From Caldisericia bacterium (GTDB lineage: Bacteria > Caldisericota > Caldisericia > JAAYUI01): 64,000 nucleotides of DNA. This document shows positions 20,041 to 29,202 of the stretch, piece after piece; position 1 is the stretch's first letter; each line of letters opens with the position of its first letter. The stretch spans positions 74,511 through 138,510 of the forward strand of contig OY771555.1 in assembly GCA_963674785.1 (NCBI GenBank), written 5' to 3'. The position numbers and the translations under genes are program-made. The notes beneath the pieces are model-generated. The model searched no databases. It was given only the letters and a program-made list of their open reading frames with translations, and was not told the origin of the DNA.

Positions 20041-21812
20041 TCAACCTCCATAATAAGAAACTCATCTGACTGAGCTAAGACTCTAAAACTATTATTCGCC
20101 CAATCAAGTAGATTTTCTTCAATATAAAGTGGTGCAGATTCGGTAATATCCTCACCAACTCCAATAGATACATCATACAAATCCCTCGGGACATCAGATA
20201 GTAACCAACCAAGACTATTTGAGCCGATCGGGACATCAATAAATTCATGTGTAAATGTTGCATCAGACGTTTGAGATTCCAGAATCACTTCCACTTTTGA
20301 AAAATCATCAGATGCAATAAACTCAAGATTCAAGTATTCTTGAGCTCTTATTGGAACAAAAACCCTGAAATTTCTTCCTCTTAGCTCTGTTTGTTTCCAT
20401 TCAAAAAGAGCTGTTTTTGAAAGAAGAATATAGTCACCTTTTTCAGGGGTTTTCCCCTCCGGTAAAGCTACCTCACCACGACTCTTTCGAATAGCTAGGT
20501 AATTGTCAGTCCAGTGCCTATATAAAACTCCACAATGCTTTTCTGTGGCGTACGTAACCCAAAAACGCAATCCATGTCTTGCGTATAAGTTTTCAGTGTA
20601 TTCAAGCCCATCTGTTTCCAAAAAGTTATTTAAATCAACAAGCTCTTGGATAGTAACAACAGGTCTTGCAAGCTTGATCGTTTTTAAAACTGTATCGTGA
20701 TAACCGGTGACCGCAAAAACTGTTAATGCCATCAAAACAGCCAAAGACACATAAATAACCTTCTTCTGAGAGACCAATCTCGACAGGTGATAGAATCCAA
20801 GTCCAATAAGTATTGAGAGAGGAACAAACATCGTCAAAATGTTTCTTTCCTGCCACTCATACTCACAAAGGAAGAGTGCAACAATGAAAACAGCAAGCCC
20901 AAAGCCGAAAAGCCACAAAGTGAGTTTTCTCCACTTTTTATATGACCAGAACAAACCAAATGCTGGGATTGCTACATGTAGATAATCAAGAAAATTAAAG
21001 TCGACCTGCATTTGATAACGATGGGAGAATAAACCTTTTACTGATGTGATCATGGTTTTCCAGCCATTCAAAGAAAGCTGGACAAAATATCGGGATAGGA
21101 TTGGAATGATAAGTGGGGTGGTGACAATTCCAAGACCAAGTAGTCCCCACATCACAAAGGAAATGATTTTACCATTTTTCCAATTAGATGATGGGAGCAT
21201 AACTGCTAAAATCACAAAAGAACAAGCCAGGAAAATTATTGAGGAAGGTGTATGTGAAAGCAATACTCCAATAAGGGAAATTACCCAAAACAAAAGGCTT
21301 TTTTTCTGATTCTTCTTCTCAATAAACCAATAAAGGGAAATCAGTCCAAAAAGCAATATTGGAAGTGCTACAGTCTGCTTAAGATAACCCAGAGGATACC
21401 AAAAAACTCCGAGTGAAACACACCATCCAAGTAGACCAGCAAATGCTGGTAGATCATCTTTTGTTACTTTTTTCAAAAAATCAAATATCAGCCAGCCGAC
21501 CATCACAATGGAAATAGTTGATACAATCTTTATTCCAGCATGAGCACTTCCAAATAAGAACCCGCAAAAGGCTGAAAGCAGAAATGGAAGAATTGGTGAT
21601 CCTGAAAATGGCATTTTTTTAAAATTCATTAATGCCTGTACATTAGCGGCGTTATTGCCGCCATCCATATTAAGAGCGAGTGGATGCCTGAATTGAATGA
21701 TTATGAGTCCTGCAGCTAAGATACTTAAAATCAAAAATGCAACTATCCAAGAGGAATGTTTCTTGATAAACCTTATGAACGGATTGTTTTGGAATGTTGA
21801 AACTACTGTCAT
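20037..21812 (-). CDS. Polytopic membrane protein, possibly a GT-C-type glycosyltransferase (PMT/ArnT-like)
   Basis: About 12 hydrophobic helices in the N-terminal 400 aa, then a soluble C-terminal domain. I did not see the DE motif clearly, so the call rests on architecture only. Confidence 0.4.
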   Translation of the reverse strand: MTVVSTFQNNPFIRFIKKHSSWIVAFLILSILAAGLIIIQFRHPLALNMDGGNNAANVQALMNFKKMPFSGSPILPFLLSAFCGFLFGSAHAGIKIVSTISIVMVGWLIFDFLKKVTKDDLPAFAGLLGWCVSLGVFWYPLGYLKQTVALPILLFGLISLYWFIEKKNQKKSLLFWVISLIGVLLSHTPSSIIFLACSFVILAVMLPSSNWKNGKIISFVMWGLLGLGIVTTPLIIPILSRYFVQLSLNGWKTMITSVKGLFSHRYQMQVDFNFLDYLHVAIPAFGLFWSYKKWRKLTLWLFGFGLAVFIVALFLCEYEWQERNILTMFVPLSILIGLGFYHLSRLVSQKKVIYVSLAVLMALTVFAVTGYHDTVLKTIKLARPVVTIQELVDLNNFLETDGLEYTENLYARHGLRFWVTYATEKHCGVLYRHWTDNYLAIRKSRGEVALPEGKTPEKGDYILLSKTALFEWKQTELRGRNFRVFVPIRAQEYLNLEFIASDDFSKVEVILESQTSDATFTHEFIDVPIGSNSLGWLLSDVPRDLYDVSIGVGEDITESAPLYIEENLLDWANNSFRVLAQSDEFLIMEVE

Positions 21813-23248
21813 TGTCCCAAATACTTCCTTCTCATCTCAGCCTCTTTTCCACAAGACATTCTACCTTCTCTACAAGCACCATAAAAGACGCATGATGGTC
21901 CTACTCGAGAGAAAATCTTTGGAGCCTTTTCTTTGAGTAATGTCAACATTCTATCAGCATAATCCCTGATCTCCCACTGAGCACGATTGCATGTTCGAAG
22001 CAACAGGAAATGTATCAGCTCCCTTGCATTAATAGTTGTTACAACATTTATCGCCTGTCCTGATAACAATGTGTAGACCCTGTTTTCTGGTCTCACCTCA
22101 AACCTGTCCATTGCAAGACTGAATGAATCATGAGAATTAACTGCAGACTTAAAGACTGAGTGTGCCTCTGTTACTTTTTTGATTGATTCGGGCTCTATTA
22201 TGTGTCGGCACTTATAAAGATTCGAGAAATTTGGAATAATGATTGACTGGATTCTGTGCCTCACAAGGTGTGTTAGAGTTGGAAGACTCATCCCTCGGAG
22301 AGAGAAGGTGAAATTTACCTGTTCAAGCTCCCTGGCATGTCTGTGTTTTAAAACCTCATCAATAACTTTGTCTTCAATTTCATCAGTTATTGCTTCATCG
22401 ACTTCATTCGAATCCATACCTGTATCGGCCATAATTGCTGCTTTTGTGAGTGTTCTATCGGGATCAGGAGTACAAGCGATGATATCGACACCCACTCTCG
22501 TATCGACATCATCTTTTTTTGTAATTAACTTGGAGATTGAATTCAAGTCTCTTGCTTTCCCAAATTCGAATGCTTCGATCTTTGAAAACATTGCAGGGGC
22601 AACTCTGGAAAGCATTTTTTGCAGTGTTGCACCAATCCATGTGACTTCAGGGAAAGCAGCTCCACGACCATGAATTGCATCATATATAACATGAATCCAT
22701 GTTCTTGCATTTGCTGTCAATATGAAATTTGACTTGAAAGAATACGGCAATATAAACCTTGCATCCTCCGGGGGAATCCCTATATCGAGGAGTTTTTTAT
22801 ACGCAAGAAACAGCCCTTCACAATAGTGAACATATCGCTGTGAAAGAGGACCATAAAACTCTGGTCCCACATATGGTTTATCTGTGTTCCCCCAAAGATC
22901 ATTTTCTCCCTCGGGAGCAAGATATGGAACAATATATCCAGCATCAGCATGTGAAACATATCTCCTCGACTTCACAGTGAATGATGCAAGTCGATGAGTT
23001 ATCATGTATTGCTCAACAAAAACAGAAACATTTTCAAAGGCTATTGTAAAATTTGCGTGTTCAGAAACTGATTTGTGTCCCATTCCAATTATTCTTCGAA
23101 GTGAATCAGGGTGTCCACCTTCGGGAGTTTTTTCATATATCTCAGTTGGTTTTCCAGGCAGAGTCGAAACTCTAGCTGAAAGAGTACAAATCCTCTGTGG
23201 ATCATCAGTTCCTGTCAAAAGAGTCAATCTTGTATCATTGCTCTTCAT
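21809..23248 (-). CDS. thyX: Tandem-duplicated ThyX-like protein (FAD-dependent thymidylate synthase fold), 479 aa
   Basis: Two copies of the ThyX motifs. Copy 1 has 'HKSVSEHANFTIAF...ITHRLASFTVKSRRYV'. Copy 2 has 'LEQVNFTFSLRGMSL...LVRHRIQS' plus 'ARELIHFLLLRTCNRAQWEIRDYADRM'. Confidence 0.65.
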   Translation of the reverse strand: MKSNDTRLTLLTGTDDPQRICTLSARVSTLPGKPTEIYEKTPEGGHPDSLRRIIGMGHKSVSEHANFTIAFENVSVFVEQYMITHRLASFTVKSRRYVSHADAGYIVPYLAPEGENDLWGNTDKPYVGPEFYGPLSQRYVHYCEGLFLAYKKLLDIGIPPEDARFILPYSFKSNFILTANARTWIHVIYDAIHGRGAAFPEVTWIGATLQKMLSRVAPAMFSKIEAFEFGKARDLNSISKLITKKDDVDTRVGVDIIACTPDPDRTLTKAAIMADTGMDSNEVDEAITDEIEDKVIDEVLKHRHARELEQVNFTFSLRGMSLPTLTHLVRHRIQSIIIPNFSNLYKCRHIIEPESIKKVTEAHSVFKSAVNSHDSFSLAMDRFEVRPENRVYTLLSGQAINVVTTINARELIHFLLLRTCNRAQWEIRDYADRMLTLLKEKAPKIFSRVGPSCVFYGACREGRMSCGKEAEMRRKYLGQ

Positions 23249-23256
23249 AATAGTCC

Positions 23257-23847
23257 CTACAGTCCCAACTCTTTAGAAATTCCCTTCATAGCCTCAAGAC
23301 CAATTCCAATAAATTCTTCAAGACTCAATCCAAGGCTAATGCAGTTTTCGATTTGATCCCTGTTTGCTCCTGCCGCAAAACGCTTTTCTTTGAATCGATT
23401 CAAAACAAAAGGCACATCAATCGATGAAAGCTTTTTGTCTTTATGAATCAAAGCACAAGCAACAATCAGCCCAGTGAGAGGATCGCATGTGTGAAGAGCT
23501 TCATCCATTTTGCTGACCCTTTTAACACCGGTCATTGAGTTGTGACAGGAAACAGCATAACAGACATCTTCTGGGTAACCGAGTTCTTCCAACCACTTTG
23601 ACCCAACAAGGGCATGTTTCTCTGGAGTTTTCTCAGTTTCAGTATAATCAATATCATGAACCAAGCCTGCCAAACCCCATAGTTCTTCGTCCTCACCAAA
23701 CTTTTTTGCAAGCTGAGACATCACAGCCTCTGTAGCCAGCATATGTTTGATAAGATTCTTATTGCTGATCTTCTCTAAAACAAGCTTATACGCAGATTCT
23801 CTGGTAATCATGAGCCACCCTTTTATATTGATTATCGCAAACTCCAA
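23257..23847 (-). CDS. HD-domain phosphohydrolase
   Basis: Has 'GLVHDIDY' and an upstream His, which is the HD motif. The protein is 196 aa. Confidence 0.7.
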   Translation of the reverse strand: MEFAIINIKGWLMITRESAYKLVLEKISNKNLIKHMLATEAVMSQLAKKFGEDEELWGLAGLVHDIDYTETEKTPEKHALVGSKWLEELGYPEDVCYAVSCHNSMTGVKRVSKMDEALHTCDPLTGLIVACALIHKDKKLSSIDVPFVLNRFKEKRFAAGANRDQIENCISLGLSLEEFIGIGLEAMKGISKELGL

Positions 23848-24103
23848 TTCTATTCATAGGACATGGAATGGTCAAGTTTTTATCTGGAATAGAGTAGTGT
23901 GAAATATTTACACGAACATTTACCGAAAATAGCCATTTTTTCTGTATTGACTATATTGAATAAGAACTGCATTTTCTTCCGAAATAATCTATGTTTCTAG
24001 GTAATATATCGACTTGCAGAAAAAATACCAGTTTACAATTTGGAAATAATAATTATTTGCAAAAGCTTTGTTTTCATGGCATTATAATGGTAAGAGTCGT
24101 AAT

Positions 24104-24670
24104 ATGAATGATTCATCAGAACTGAAAAAAATGCTTAGAGGAGACTCAGTTCTCCTTAGACCTATGGTTGAGCAAGACCTTGCAACAAGGTCATTTTGGA
24201 TGATGGATTCTGAAATTCTTTCCATGATGGGTTACCCAAAATCTATTGCTGAGAGAAAAATAAGCAATAACGACGCACTTGCCGAAAGTCATAGATGGTT
24301 TCGCAAAAGAAAGGAAAGAAACGATTTTGTCTGGGCAATTGACCACGATGGGAAGTTAGTCGGAGATATTACTGCCCACATATACGAGACTCAAAAAAGG
24401 GCAGAGCTCTATATTGTCATTGGAGATAAAACGATGTGGGGGAAAGGTCTTGGGAAAGAGGCCTGTATCCTAGTTTTAGATGAGATATTTAGAACGTCTG
24501 ACCTTTACTACATAGACACATATATAACACCTGAAAACACGAGAAGCCTTTCATTAGCACTTTCACTCGGGTTTACTACATTTGGAACTCAAACAGGTGG
24601 CACAAAGGTTTTAAGACTCATCAAAAAAACATGGGAAATCAGAAACAGAAGGAAACTTAGTCCCTTTTAA
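24104..24670 (+). CDS. GNAT-family N-acetyltransferase. The track ORF starts at 24068; the ATG at 24104 has an 'aagag' RBS.
   Basis: '...WGKGLGKEACILVLDEIF' is an acetyl-CoA-binding motif A-like region. Overall the protein resembles RimJ/RimL. Confidence 0.65.
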   Translation: MNDSSELKKMLRGDSVLLRPMVEQDLATRSFWMMDSEILSMMGYPKSIAERKISNNDALAESHRWFRKRKERNDFVWAIDHDGKLVGDITAHIYETQKRAELYIVIGDKTMWGKGLGKEACILVLDEIFRTSDLYYIDTYITPENTRSLSLALSLGFTTFGTQTGGTKVLRLIKKTWEIRNRRKLSPF

Positions 24671-25641
24671 GGTTTACCAGCCCAACTCAGGGATGATGAA
24701 AGTGGATTCATGCTCTTTCCATTTTTATGTACCTCAAAATGGAGATGTGGGCATGTCGATCGACCTGTTGATCCACACGATCCAATCCAGTCGCCGACAT
24801 TCACAAAATCACCAACACCTACAAAGTATCCTGACAAGTGTCCGTACCTCGTAACATACCCAGAAGAATGCTGAATATCTATGCAATGGCCGTATCCTGC
24901 AAACCAGGAAGCTCGAATAACCTTACCAGCACCCGCAGCACAAATGGGTGTTCCAGAATCGGCAACAAGATCAACACCAGCATGGAATCTTCCACGCTCA
25001 GGAAGATAACCATATTTCGATGAAACACTAACACCCTGGATTGGCCAGTACTCAGGAATTCCATAATTTCCAGTTGGGTCTAGTTCTTCTGGGTTTACAG
25101 GAAGATACTCATCATTTATGTCAATCTCAACCTTCTGGACATCTCCACCAACTTTTTGTGTGCTTGCAGTAGCAGTTGAAGCGGCAGTAGTTGACTTCTT
25201 GGTAGATTGTTTCTGTTTTTCAGCTTGAGCCAGCAATAGCTTTTGTTTCTCTTCCTCTTCCTTCTTCTTTTTTTCAGCGAGAATTCGTTGTTCTTCTAAA
25301 GCCTTTTTCTCAGCTTCAACCCTTGCAAAAATAATATCATTAGCATTATCAATTATTCTGTTCGATGTAAAAATCACATCATCGAAAATAATGTTCTTCT
25401 CACATATTATTTCTGAAACAGAGATAACCGCGGAAGTTGATATATAAGTTTCATCAACTAGAACTGAGTCAAAAGAAGATGAAAAAGAGATGGAAAAACC
25501 AAAAACTACAAGCAGGACAAACGCAAGGGAAACCGCCACTGAACCCAGGAGAAGAAAACTCTTTGCTCTCTTTCTTCGGTCTTCCTGGGCTTTCAGTTCC
25601 TTGAATCGATGCGGGTCAAAGAATAAACTTCCCTTGTTCAT
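24667..25641 (-). CDS. M23-family metallopeptidase with an N-terminal TM and a coiled-coil
   Basis: 'HAGVDLVADSGTPICAAGAGKVI...YGHCIDIQHSSGYVTRYGHLS...CPHLHFEVHKNG' matches the HxxxD...HxH LytM motifs. Confidence 0.85.
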   Translation of the reverse strand: MNKGSLFFDPHRFKELKAQEDRRKRAKSFLLLGSVAVSLAFVLLVVFGFSISFSSSFDSVLVDETYISTSAVISVSEIICEKNIIFDDVIFTSNRIIDNANDIIFARVEAEKKALEEQRILAEKKKKEEEEKQKLLLAQAEKQKQSTKKSTTAASTATASTQKVGGDVQKVEIDINDEYLPVNPEELDPTGNYGIPEYWPIQGVSVSSKYGYLPERGRFHAGVDLVADSGTPICAAGAGKVIRASWFAGYGHCIDIQHSSGYVTRYGHLSGYFVGVGDFVNVGDWIGSCGSTGRSTCPHLHFEVHKNGKSMNPLSSSLSWAGKP

Positions 25642-25704
25642 ATACTTACTTTACTCACACAGACATAGAAATGCAACAATAAAGACATAGTTTAATGGTA
25701 AACC

Positions 25705-25732
25705 TTGACACAAAACAACTGCATGCTAGAAT
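25705..25732 (+). promoter_or_regulatory. Sigma70-type promoter upstream of tRNA-Trp/secE
   Basis: TTGACA (25705-25710), a 16-nt spacer, then TAGAAT (25727-25732), about 30 nt upstream of the tRNA. Confidence 0.55.
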
Positions 25733-25762
25733 TCCAGTCTTGTTAGAAGATAATTTTGATGC

Positions 25763-25838
25763 AGGTCAGTAGCTCAATTGGTAGAGCACCGGTCTCCAAA
25801 ACCGGGTGTTGGGGGTTCAAGTCCCTCCTGGCCTGCCA
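25763..25838 (+). tRNA. tRNA-Trp (anticodon CCA), with an encoded 3' CCA
   Basis: Cloverleaf folded by hand. Acceptor AGGTCAG/CTGGCCT. D-arm GCTC-AATTGGTA-GAGC. Anticodon stem CCGGT/ACCGG with loop CTCCAAA. T-arm GGGGG-TTCAAGT-CCCTC. It is close to E. coli tRNA-Trp. Confidence 0.9.
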
Positions 25839-25850
25839 GCGAGGACTAAG

Positions 25851-26186
25851 ATGGCAGCAAAAGCAAAAAAATCGAACTTCCTAGCGGACGTTTGGTATGA
25901 ACTTACGACGAAGGTAGTTTGGCCAACATGGAAAAGGCTAAAGGTCGCAACAATTGTTGTTGTTGGGTTCATTATTATTTGGGCGTTAATTCTTTACGGA
26001 TTTGATTCTGCTTTCACGTGGTTCCAGGGCAAACTTGTGGACGATGCAGTTGTACAGAAAGAATATAACAATCTGATGGAATCAAGACAGCCAGACACTG
26101 AAGACGCAACTGACACCGACACAACTCTTCCAGAGGATTTTGAGATCCCAATCGAAGAGACAACCGCTCCAGAAACAAATCAGTAG
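25851..26186 (+). CDS. secE: Preprotein translocase subunit SecE with an unusual acidic C-terminal tail
   Basis: 'MAAKAKKSNFLADVWYELTTKVVWPTWKRLKVATIVVVGFIIIWALILYGFD' is SecE-like: an amphipathic N-terminus plus one TM. It sits in the conserved position before nusG. The track ORF start at 25806 overlaps the tRNA and I rejected it. Confidence 0.8.
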   Translation: MAAKAKKSNFLADVWYELTTKVVWPTWKRLKVATIVVVGFIIIWALILYGFDSAFTWFQGKLVDDAVVQKEYNNLMESRQPDTEDATDTDTTLPEDFEIPIEETTAPETNQ

Positions 26187-26218
26187 GAAGAAAAAAAGAA
26201 GGTATAAGGTAGGAAAAC

Positions 26219-26752
26219 ATGCCACTCCCAGAACGACACTGGTACATTTTACATACCTATAGCGGGTACGAGAATAAGGTAAAGATCAACCTAACACAGA
26301 GGGTTCAATCCATGAATATGGAAGACCTCATTTTTAGGATTGAGGTACCGGTCGATTTCCAGGTCAAACTTAAAGACGGTAAGAGACAGATTTTACCAGA
26401 AAAGGTTTATCCTGGTTATGTTCTTGTTGAGATGGTTATGACAGACCAATCCTGGTATGTCGTAAGAAACACACCTGGTGTTATCGGATTTGTAGGATCT
26501 GGTGGAAAACCACTCCCACTTGAAGGCCCTGAGGTTGATCACATGCTTGAACGTGTTGGTTTCGAAGAAGCCAAAGCAAATATCAACTTCAAAATCGGTG
26601 ACTCGATTAGAGTTGTCGGTGGCCCATTCAATGAGATGATTGGTGTTGTTGAGTCAATAAACGACGAAAGAGAAAAAGCAAAAGTAAGGTTATCAATGTT
26701 TGGCAGAGAAATGCCAGTTGAACTTGACTTTGTAAATATAGAAGTAATTTAA
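26219..26752 (+). CDS. nusG: Transcription termination/antitermination factor NusG
   Basis: 'WYILHTYSGYENKV...' is the NGN domain and 'GDSIRVVGGPFNEMIGVVESIN' is the KOW motif. Confidence 0.95.
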   Translation: MPLPERHWYILHTYSGYENKVKINLTQRVQSMNMEDLIFRIEVPVDFQVKLKDGKRQILPEKVYPGYVLVEMVMTDQSWYVVRNTPGVIGFVGSGGKPLPLEGPEVDHMLERVGFEEAKANINFKIGDSIRVVGGPFNEMIGVVESINDEREKAKVRLSMFGREMPVELDFVNIEVI

Positions 26753-26767
26753 GGAGAACGATAAAGA

Positions 26768-27193
26768 ATGGCTAAGGTAATAGATGGATATTTAAAACTG
26801 CAGATCGAGGCAGGAAAGGCAAACCCAGCTCCTCCAGTTGGTCCCGCTCTTGGACAGCGTGGAATCAATATCATGCAGTTTTGCAAAGACTTCAATGACA
26901 AAACAAAGGATAAACCAGGAATGGTCATCCCTGTTGTTATTACAGTCTACAAAGACAAATCATACGACTTCATCTTAAAGACTCCACCAGCAGCTGATTT
27001 GATCAAGAAAGCACTCAAACTCAAATCAGGTTCAGGTGAACCAAACAAGAGAAAAGTTGGCAAATTGACAAAGGCACAGGTTGAAGAAATCGCAAAGATC
27101 AAGATGCCTGACCTCAACTCAGCCAATATCGAATCTGCAATGAGAGTCGTTGAAGGCACAGCCCGTTCAATGGGCGTTGAAATCAAAGAATAA
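26768..27193 (+). CDS. rplK: 50S ribosomal protein L11
   Basis: '[32 protein letters not shown]' is the L11 signature. Confidence 0.97.
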   Translation: MAKVIDGYLKLQIEAGKANPAPPVGPALGQRGINIMQFCKDFNDKTKDKPGMVIPVVITVYKDKSYDFILKTPPAADLIKKALKLKSGSGEPNKRKVGKLTKAQVEEIAKIKMPDLNSANIESAMRVVEGTARSMGVEIKE

Positions 27194-27251
27194 CTAATTT
27201 CTAATAACTTGTGGAAGAGCAAAAAGCTCGATCGCACCACATGGAGGAAAC

Positions 27252-27956
27252 ATGAAAAAAGGCAAAAGACTTAAAGGTTTGTACGAAAAGATAGAAGCAG
27301 ACAAGCTCTACGAAATCCCTGAGGCAGTAAAACTTCTCAAGGATCTCAAATCAAGCAAGTTTGACGAAACTGTCGAGATTGCAATGAAGCTCGGAGTTGA
27401 CCCAAAACAGGCCGACCAGAACATCAGAGGAACAGTCGGGCTTCCAGCAGGAACAGGTAAAACTGTCCGCATTCTTGCCTTTGCTAAAGGTGAAAAAGAA
27501 GCAGAAGCAAAAGACGCTGGCGCTGACATCATTGCTGACGACGAAACAGTAAAAAAGATCCAGGGTGGATGGTTCGATTTCGATCTCGTTATCGCAACTC
27601 CAGACATGATGGGTACCGTTGGTAGGATCGGTAAACTTCTCGGACCAAAAGGTCTTATGCCCAACCCAAAATCTGGAACAGTTACAATGGATATCGGAAA
27701 AGCTGTTAAAGAGTTTAAATCAGGTAGAATTGAATACAGAGTCAACAAATTCGCCGATATGAATGTTAGAATCGGAAAAGTTAGCTTCAACGAAGAAGAC
27801 CTTATCAGCAACATCACAACCTTCCTTCAGACAGTTCTTAGAGTCAGACCTGCTTCACTCAAAGGAACATACATCGAATCAATTACACTTTCACTCACAC
27901 AGAGTCCTGGTGTCAAACTCGATGTAATCAAAGCTCGTAATTTTGTTGCAGCATAA
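27252..27956 (+). CDS. rplA: 50S ribosomal protein L1
   Basis: 'FDETVEIAMKLGVDPKQADQNIRGTVGLPAGTGK' is the L1 signature. Confidence 0.97.
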   Translation: MKKGKRLKGLYEKIEADKLYEIPEAVKLLKDLKSSKFDETVEIAMKLGVDPKQADQNIRGTVGLPAGTGKTVRILAFAKGEKEAEAKDAGADIIADDETVKKIQGGWFDFDLVIATPDMMGTVGRIGKLLGPKGLMPNPKSGTVTMDIGKAVKEFKSGRIEYRVNKFADMNVRIGKVSFNEEDLISNITTFLQTVLRVRPASLKGTYIESITLSLTQSPGVKLDVIKARNFVAA

Positions 27957-28092
27957 ATAAACATCAGTACATTACGTTCTGGAACCTTAATAATACAATT
28001 TAGAAACCAAAGACAGTAAGTACCCCCGAGAGGGGATTAAACGAAAATGGCTTGCCGAGGTTTTGATTGATACTTTAGACATTCACAAAAAA

Positions 28093-28127
28093 GGTCACGT
28101 CAAAATTTCGGCGTGACCTTTTTTTAT
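28093..28127 (+). promoter_or_regulatory. Hairpin plus U-tract attenuator/terminator in the rplJ (L10) leader
   Basis: GGTCACG...CGTGACC is a perfect 7-bp inverted repeat followed by TTTTTTT. It lies in the 194-nt rplA-rplJ spacer, where the L10 autoregulatory leader sits in other bacteria. Confidence 0.6.
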
Positions 28128-28150
28128 TTCTCAAGGAAGGAGGAAACCAT

Positions 28151-28681
28151 TTGTTAACTAGAAAAGAAAAAGAAACATCAGTAAAAGAGATCAGAGAAAT
28201 CTGGGATGCTTCAAAGGGAATGATCGTTATCGATTCACAGAAACTTGAAGCAGGTGCCATTTCAGAACTCAGAAAACAGTGTCGCGAAGCTGGAGTTAAA
28301 CTTAAGGTTTTCAAGAACACCCTTGTAAAGCTCGCACTCAAAGATCTTGAAATCGAAGGAATTGACAAACAGCTCAAGGGGCCAACAGCCACAGCTTTTG
28401 CTATGGAAGAAATGCCAGCAGCAGCAAAGGTATTTTCTGAATTCAAAAAGGACTACCCAAAGAAGCTCATCATCAAGGGCGGCGTCATGGAAGGCAAAGT
28501 CTTTGACGAAAATGGAGTCAAGCAGCTCGCATCAATCCCACCAAGAGAAGTTCTTCTTGGAATGGTTGCAAGCGCATTCAATGGTCCAATCGTCAAGTTT
28601 GCAAGAGTGCTTCAGGCAAATATCACTGGTATCGCCCGTGTGCTTGATGCAGTAAGAGAAAAGAAAGAAAAAGCAGCATAA
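28151..28681 (+). CDS. rplJ: 50S ribosomal protein L10 (TTG start)
   Basis: L10 family by position and by sequence ('[14 protein letters not shown]...'). An RBS 'ggaaggagga' lies upstream. Confidence 0.95.
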   Translation: MLTRKEKETSVKEIREIWDASKGMIVIDSQKLEAGAISELRKQCREAGVKLKVFKNTLVKLALKDLEIEGIDKQLKGPTATAFAMEEMPAAAKVFSEFKKDYPKKLIIKGGVMEGKVFDENGVKQLASIPPREVLLGMVASAFNGPIVKFARVLQANITGIARVLDAVREKKEKAA

Positions 28682-28713
28682 AGACTGCAAAAAATAAAAA
28701 AGGAGACAATCAA

Positions 28714-29094
28714 ATGTCAAAAGACGAAATATTAGAAGCAATCGAAAAAATGACAGTTCTTGAACTCTCAGAACTCGTTAAAGCAATCGAAGAGAAATTC
28801 GATGTATCAGCAGCAGCAGCCCCAGTCATGATGGCCGGAGGAATGCCAGGTGCTGGCGGCGGAGATGCCGGTGGCGACGAACAGACCGAATTCGACGTAA
28901 TCCTTGTCGAAGTCGGACAGCAGAAGATTCCAGTAATCAAGGCAGTCAAAGAACTCTCAGGACTTGGACTCAAAGAAGCAAAAGCACTCGTCGATGCAGT
29001 TCCAAAAGCAGTCAAAGAAAAAGTCTCACAGGAAGAAGCAGACGAAATCAAAGAAAAGCTCTCAGCAGTTGGTGCTGTTGTCGAGATCAAGTAA
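28714..29094 (+). CDS. rplL: 50S ribosomal protein L7/L12
   Basis: '[31 protein letters not shown]...AAAA...[10 protein letters not shown]...[24 protein letters not shown]' is canonical L7/L12. Confidence 0.97.
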   Translation: MSKDEILEAIEKMTVLELSELVKAIEEKFDVSAAAAPVMMAGGMPGAGGGDAGGDEQTEFDVILVEVGQQKIPVIKAVKELSGLGLKEAKALVDAVPKAVKEKVSQEEADEIKEKLSAVGAVVEIK

Positions 29095-29121
29095 TAACAA
29101 CTACAAACATAAAACTACATC

Positions 29122-29160
29122 AAAACCCCGCTTGTTTTTTAGCACTTGCGGGGTTTTGTA
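29122..29160 (+). terminator. Rho-independent terminator after rplL
   Basis: 'aaaaccccgc...gcggggtttt' hairpin with a T-run. Confidence 0.6.
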
Positions 29161-29202
29161 ATGTATGTTATCCTTTAAACATTCCTTTGGAGGTGTAGAG
29201 AC

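Noticed and set aside
25806-25850. N-terminal extension of the secE ORF as given in the six-frame track ('MLGVQVPPGLPARTK...')
   Set aside because: It overlaps the 3' half of the tRNA-Trp gene on the same strand. The conserved SecE sequence begins at 'MAAKAKK' (25851), so the upstream Met is read-through of the tRNA.
27308-29090. Long antisense ORFs inside rplA, rplJ and rplL (27308-27817, 28075-28446, 28710-29090)
   Set aside because: They lie opposite highly conserved ribosomal protein genes. They are low-complexity Ser/Ala/Pro-rich translations typical of the reverse frame of GC-skewed coding sequence, with no RBS or start context.
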